Assembly (NCBI GenBank): GCA_016700335.1
Contig: CP065014.1
Coordinates: 2,374,534 to 2,438,533, forward strand
Direction of reading: 5' to 3'
Source: Chlorobiota bacterium
GTDB taxonomy: Bacteria > Bacteroidota > Ignavibacteria > OLB7
DNA length: 64,000 nucleotides
Shown here: positions 59,835 through 64,000 of the stretch, in pieces
How the letters are laid out: the number at the start of each line of letters is the position of its first letter
How positions within the stretch are numbered: the stretch's first letter is position 1
The notes under the pieces: generated by a model
Told to the model about the DNA's origin: nothing
Databases searched by the model: none
What the model saw: the letters and a program-made list of their open reading frames with translations, nothing else
Program-made: the position numbers and the translations under genes

Positions 59835-62800
59835 CTATTTTTGTAAAGTCATTGAATTAGTTTTAGTCCAATGCCCACTAGTTAATCTATAATAATACAA
59901 ACCAGATGATGAGGCAGAAGCATCCCAAGTTACTCTATACTTACCTGGAGTCATAAGCTGATTAACTAAAGTTGCAACTTTTTGTCCTCCTTCATTATAA
60001 ACAACCAAAGAAGTAGGTGCATCTAAGGCAACTTCAAAATCAATATCTGTAGAAGGATTAAATGGGTTTGGAGAGTTTTGCTTTAAAGCATAGTTTCCAG
60101 AAATCAATTCAATCAATCTCAAATTTAATCCACAAATAGAATCAAGTCTAGCAAACCCAGGATCAGTAGTAACATCTGTACAATTCAATTTATCTTGAAT
60201 CAACATATACCAAGGTAATTCAGATTCTGATACATCTCCAACATAAGTTGCAAACCTTAAGTTTAACATAGTACCAAAACCTTTTAAGAAATCTCCCTTA
60301 ATATTTTTTAATCCAACAGTAAATATACCTGGTTCATTATCTATAACAGTTGCATCCCAACCATCTAAAATAGTCCCTTTTATCATATCAGATTCTACAT
60401 CTGATTTTGAATTATTTACTAATTGCATCATTCCTTTACTATATCTGAATGAAATAACTACATCTTTTGATTTTGCCTCATCTAATGGTGAATCTAAAAT
60501 TACTGGTATAATCAATTCCTGACCAGGTGCACAATGATGATCACGATTAATATGTCCATGTGCAATAAGAATATGAGATTTTCCAGTTAAGTCAGCAGTT
60601 TGATCTGGTAAAACTTTACCAATTTCATCTGTCATTGAATACACTACAGTAGCTTTATAATCTCCAACAACTTTAGGTAAAAATCTAACTGGTATAGTAA
60701 CAGTTTGACCAGGAGTCAATTTAAAAGGAACTGTTGGATAAGTTAGAATGAAAATACCACCATCTCCAATTAAATCTATATTTGTTACAATAATGTCAGC
60801 TGATCCTACATTTGTTAGAGTAGTTGTTCCATTTTGTTCATCACAACTTAACAAATCTCCAAATACAAATCCAGTTGGTTTAGCGCCTAAAGTATATGAA
60901 TAACCAATTAATTTATTTGTTGAATCATCACATCTTGCATGATCACCTAAAACCTCAATTATAGCATTTTTAACGCCAGGTTTATTTGGTTTGAACAACA
61001 TTGGTATAATTCTTTCTTCACCAGGAGTCATAATCCATGGAGAAGATTGGCTTGGAAGTGAGAAACCACCACTTAAATCAAAATCATAATCAGCTTTGTC
61101 TGCTCCAATAATTTGCAAACCAGTTACTGTTAAATCACGAGTTGGTTTTGCTGTAAGTTTAACTGCTCCTTTTACTGCTGTTAATCCAGCACCTAAGAAT
61201 TCAGTTGTATCAAAATCATGACCTGTAATGGATACATGCGATTCAATTCCTACTCCTTTTAAAATTCCCTCTGCTGTTCCACCTTCGGTTGTTGTTAACT
61301 TAACAATACATGTATAGTCTCTTTCATCCTTTGGTTTGAAAAATACTTGTTGATATCTTCTAGCATCAGGATCTTTACCTGACATAACATCTCCTGGAGA
61401 TATAATTGGATTATTTCCTAAGGTAAAAAATCCATCATCAGCATCTTTTCCAACTAATTCAATTTTTTCTACTGTGAAATCGGCTGTTCCAGTATTTGAA
61501 ATTGCTATTGAATCGAATGGATATTGTTGTTCTGTATTTTTAGTACAATTATTTAAAGGTACAACTACCCATCGTTTACCCCAATCATATCCTGTTATTT
61601 GAGGACCAGGAACAGTAACTTTAGCAATCCAAACAGAAGTATCTCTATTACAATTAGCATTTGTATAGAATTTTCCAAGTGTAGTAAATAATCCAAGTGA
61701 ATCTGTAGAAGTAAAAGTTACATTTATCATAACAAATTCATTTGCTTTCAATTTAGAAGCTTTTAGCTTAGCCATATCAAATGGAGTTACTGTAAAGAAT
61801 CTTGATAACCAATCTAAAACTTCAGCAGCTTGACCGCTTGGATGTTCAAAGGTTAACAAACCCTTACCATTATTCTCAATTTTTAAAGGTAGTTGTTTTG
61901 AAGTATTCTGTTTCAAAGTACCGAAATCTAAATCTCCCACATATATACAAGGTACTTCACCAGTTGCATGTAAAGGAACATTCATTTGACCACATTCAGT
62001 TTTAACTACCAATACATCTTGATAAATTCCTAACTCTTTTGTAGGATTAATTCTAACTTTAATAGTTATACTTTGTCCTTCTTTAATTTGGACTGGTAAT
62101 GGACTTGGATTAAATGAAACAATCTCAAAATCATTTGTTCCTTTTTCAAGTTTAATTTGAGTAATTGTAATTGTTTTCTTAAGTGTATTTGTAGCAACAA
62201 CATCTTTAATATCTGATGGTGCTCCAACACTTACTGACCCAAAATCAATTTTATCAGGAGTTATTTCTAATCTTTCAGCTTCATAAAAATAAGGTATTGT
62301 CCAAGATTGCCCTGTTTTGCTTATAACTTCAACTGTTGCTTCTGCATTTTTACTTGGGTCGATTGGAACAACCTGAAAAGTAATAGTAGATGCACCTATA
62401 ATTCCTGTTACTTTTGAAGGTGTTATCCATAATAACTTAGCATTTTTTGGGTCAACAAGTCTAACTGTTCTAAATCCAGCAGGCTTAGGAGATTTCATCC
62501 CAATTAAGTTTGCTTGTACCTCAAAGATGTTGCAATCTTTCTTTATCTTTAATTCTAATGAATCTATTTGACCTAATGTAATACGATTCGGTGCTAATGG
62601 ATAACCATAAGAGTGCGAATTTGTTGTATAATAATCTGATGGATGTAACACTTTATCTTTACCTCCACCTTGAGTTTCATTACCATTTTTATCATCATCT
62701 TTTTTCTTTGTTGTACCTGGTTGATATTGTTCTGAACCATTTCCAGTACCAGAAACATCACCAAAGAACTTACCTTTACCACTCTTTGATTGCACTATAA

Positions 62801-64000
62801 ATTTCATTGCAGAATTTAATCCTACATTTGTCCAAACGTAAGGACTACCTGGAATTTTTCTATTGAAATTTATTTTTGTTACACTTCCTCCTTCATTTAC
62901 AAGTTCAATATCATCTTTATTTAATGAATCTGTACAAATGTTTAAGTTATTGTCATAAGTTCCTGTAACAGGAGTAAAACCTGGTGCAAAAGTTACCCAC
63001 TGTTCTACTGGAACCATTTCAACCATAAAAGGTGCCCAAGTATTATATGTTCCTGAACCATCTGTTGAATTTGCTACAACGAAAGAAACTGAAGTTGAAA
63101 TTTTTGTAGCTTGAGTTGGTTTATCTGCCTTCATATAATATGCAGCTCGAGGATCAAACTCAATTCCTTCTCCATTAATACCAGTAATAGTTTCAACCAA
63201 AGTCCCTTGACCCAATTTTACATTTCTTTTTCTCATTGGCAAACCAATTGGTCCTGGATTAGTTAACTCTATATTAGTAACATCGTCTCCAGATGTATCA
63301 TTTTTACTTGTTCCATAAAAGCGACCATACTCCCTTAATCTTACACCCCCTTTACCTTTAGCGGGAGGGATGTCAGTTGGTCTTCTTGAATCCCAAGTTG
63401 GCATATATACAAATTCTTTCCCATGAGTTTCAATTGGTGCAACAGCTTCCATTAACATATTAAGCATTGTTGTTTTTCCACAGCCATACATTGATCCTGA
63501 TGCAATTCCACCCATTGTTCTTGTATTACCTGAAATCATTCCAACGGGTTTATCAGTAGTAACTCTAATCCCACCTGCATCTGGTTGGTTAACTCCTAAA
63601 TTCCTTTGTAGGGTATCAACATCAGATTCAATCAAGCTAGCAAAATTCTCTTCTAAAGTAAAACTTATTTTAGTGTCAGGTGGGAAATATCTATGAATAA
63701 CTACATTACTTGAATAAGTAGGATCTGTTAAAGATACATGTGTATCTGAATCTAATGCAGCAACTACAAACTGACCAACTGCTAATTTTGGAGCGGTTGA
63801 ATATGTAAATTCTCCTGCGGTATATAAATTGTTAATTGGTTGTCCAGGAACACCTACAGAATAATAATCTGTACCCCAACTTTCAGCCGGTAGAGGAGTC
63901 CATGCTTCTGTTCCAAATCTAGTATCGAACATAACATAAACAACAATTGGTTGTTCAGATCTTAGAACAAACAATTTATTTGCTTGAGGGAGATTTGGGA
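59835..64000 (-). CDS. Giant secreted protein (at least 1379 aa): T9SS cargo, paralog 3. The 5' end is truncated by the window edge.
   Basis: The frame is open to position 64000. The reported M is a TTG at 63972-63974. Alignment with paralogs 1 and 2 (EAWTPLPAESWGTDYY, TDKPVGMISGNTRTM, YGYPLAPNRI, DLDFGTLKQNTSK) shows that about 130 N-terminal residues are missing. The C-terminal CTD reads SPNPFNPSTDIDFEV...SGLYYYRLTSGHWTKTNSMTLQK. Confidence 0.8.
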   Translation of the reverse strand, partial: PNLPQANKLFVLRSEQPIVVYVMFDTRFGTEAWTPLPAESWGTDYYSVGVPGQPINNLYTAGEFTYSTAPKLAVGQFVVAALDSDTHVSLTDPTYSSNVVIHRYFPPDTKISFTLEENFASLIESDVDTLQRNLGVNQPDAGGIRVTTDKPVGMISGNTRTMGGIASGSMYGCGKTTMLNMLMEAVAPIETHGKEFVYMPTWDSRRPTDIPPAKGKGGVRLREYGRFYGTSKNDTSGDDVTNIELTNPGPIGLPMRKRNVKLGQGTLVETITGINGEGIEFDPRAAYYMKADKPTQATKISTSVSFVVANSTDGSGTYNTWAPFMVEMVPVEQWVTFAPGFTPVTGTYDNNLNICTDSLNKDDIELVNEGGSVTKINFNRKIPGSPYVWTNVGLNSAMKFIVQSKSGKGKFFGDVSGTGNGSEQYQPGTTKKKDDDKNGNETQGGGKDKVLHPSDYYTTNSHSYGYPLAPNRITLGQIDSLELKIKKDCNIFEVQANLIGMKSPKPAGFRTVRLVDPKNAKLLWITPSKVTGIIGASTITFQVVPIDPSKNAEATVEVISKTGQSWTIPYFYEAERLEITPDKIDFGSVSVGAPSDIKDVVATNTLKKTITITQIKLEKGTNDFEIVSFNPSPLPVQIKEGQSITIKVRINPTKELGIYQDVLVVKTECGQMNVPLHATGEVPCIYVGDLDFGTLKQNTSKQLPLKIENNGKGLLTFEHPSGQAAEVLDWLSRFFTVTPFDMAKLKASKLKANEFVMINVTFTSTDSLGLFTTLGKFYTNANCNRDTSVWIAKVTVPGPQITGYDWGKRWVVVPLNNCTKNTEQQYPFDSIAISNTGTADFTVEKIELVGKDADDGFFTLGNNPIISPGDVMSGKDPDARRYQQVFFKPKDERDYTCIVKLTTTEGGTAEGILKGVGIESHVSITGHDFDTTEFLGAGLTAVKGAVKLTAKPTRDLTVTGLQIIGADKADYDFDLSGGFSLPSQSSPWIMTPGEERIIPMLFKPNKPGVKNAIIEVLGDHARCDDSTNKLIGYSYTLGAKPTGFVFGDLLSCDEQNGTTTLTNVGSADIIVTNIDLIGDGGIFILTYPTVPFKLTPGQTVTIPVRFLPKVVGDYKATVVYSMTDEIGKVLPDQTADLTGKSHILIAHGHINRDHHCAPGQELIIPVILDSPLDEAKSKDVVISFRYSKGMMQLVNNSKSDVESDMIKGTILDGWDATVIDNEPGIFTVGLKNIKGDFLKGFGTMLNLRFATYVGDVSESELPWYMLIQDKLNCTDVTTDPGFARLDSICGLNLRLIELISGNYALKQNSPNPFNPSTDIDFEVALDAPTSLVVYNEGGQKVATLVNQLMTPGKYRVTWDASASSSGLYYYRLTSGHWTKTNSMTLQK

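Noticed and set aside
1-64000. Mobile elements, prophage, CRISPR-Cas, restriction-modification, toxin-antitoxin and tRNA/tmRNA genes
   Set aside because: I recognised no transposase, integrase, Cas, methyltransferase-endonuclease pair or tRNA-like GC-rich cloverleaf candidates. The only GC-rich island is the SRP RNA.

Overview
This is a 64 kb AT-rich (roughly 30% GC) bacterial chromosomal segment. Five proteins end in type IX secretion system (T9SS, Por) C-terminal sorting domains. Together with a GWxTD-domain protein, an OmpA protein with thrombospondin type 3 repeats, and a class I FbaB aldolase, they point to a member of the Fibrobacteres-Chlorobi-Bacteroidetes (FCB) superphylum, possibly an Ignavibacteria-like organism. 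About two thirds of the window is housekeeping: a UvrD/PcrA helicase (partial), PrmC, SmpB, FbaB, AguB, RelA/SpoT, RsmB, ScpA, ClpX, TypA, GuaB, an RNase E/G homologue, SRP RNA, and M20 and M42 peptidases. The accessory content is as follows.

1. Three paralogous giant secreted proteins (1501 aa, 1470 aa and at least 1379 aa). They share a conserved N-terminal module and DFG-containing Ig-like repeats and end in T9SS sorting domains. Two sit in tandem at the right edge of the window; the third lies about 40 kb away.
2. A 1099-aa STAND/AAA NTPase with a C-terminal SARP-like wHTH plus BTAD, directly upstream of the distal giant paralog.
3. A 2421-aa beta-propeller/Ig-repeat T9SS cargo protein.
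4. An ECF sigma factor, a zinc-finger anti-sigma factor, and two convergent Cys-rich LTXXQ (Spy/CpxP/ZraP-like) proteins.
5. A RIC (YtfE) and Fe-S Rrf2 regulator pair with a perfect inverted-repeat operator.
6. A three-gene overlapping operon of a GT-C-like membrane protein, a GT2 glycosyltransferase and a CE4-like deacetylase, reminiscent of ArnT/ArnC/ArnD.
7. An RNase E/G whose S1 domain is split by a low-complexity Lys/Asn/Ser-rich insertion of about 400 aa.

I found no CRISPR arrays, transposases, integrases or tRNA genes. All calls come from reading the translated ORFs and the sequence directly. No database search was possible, so family assignments rest on recognised motifs.
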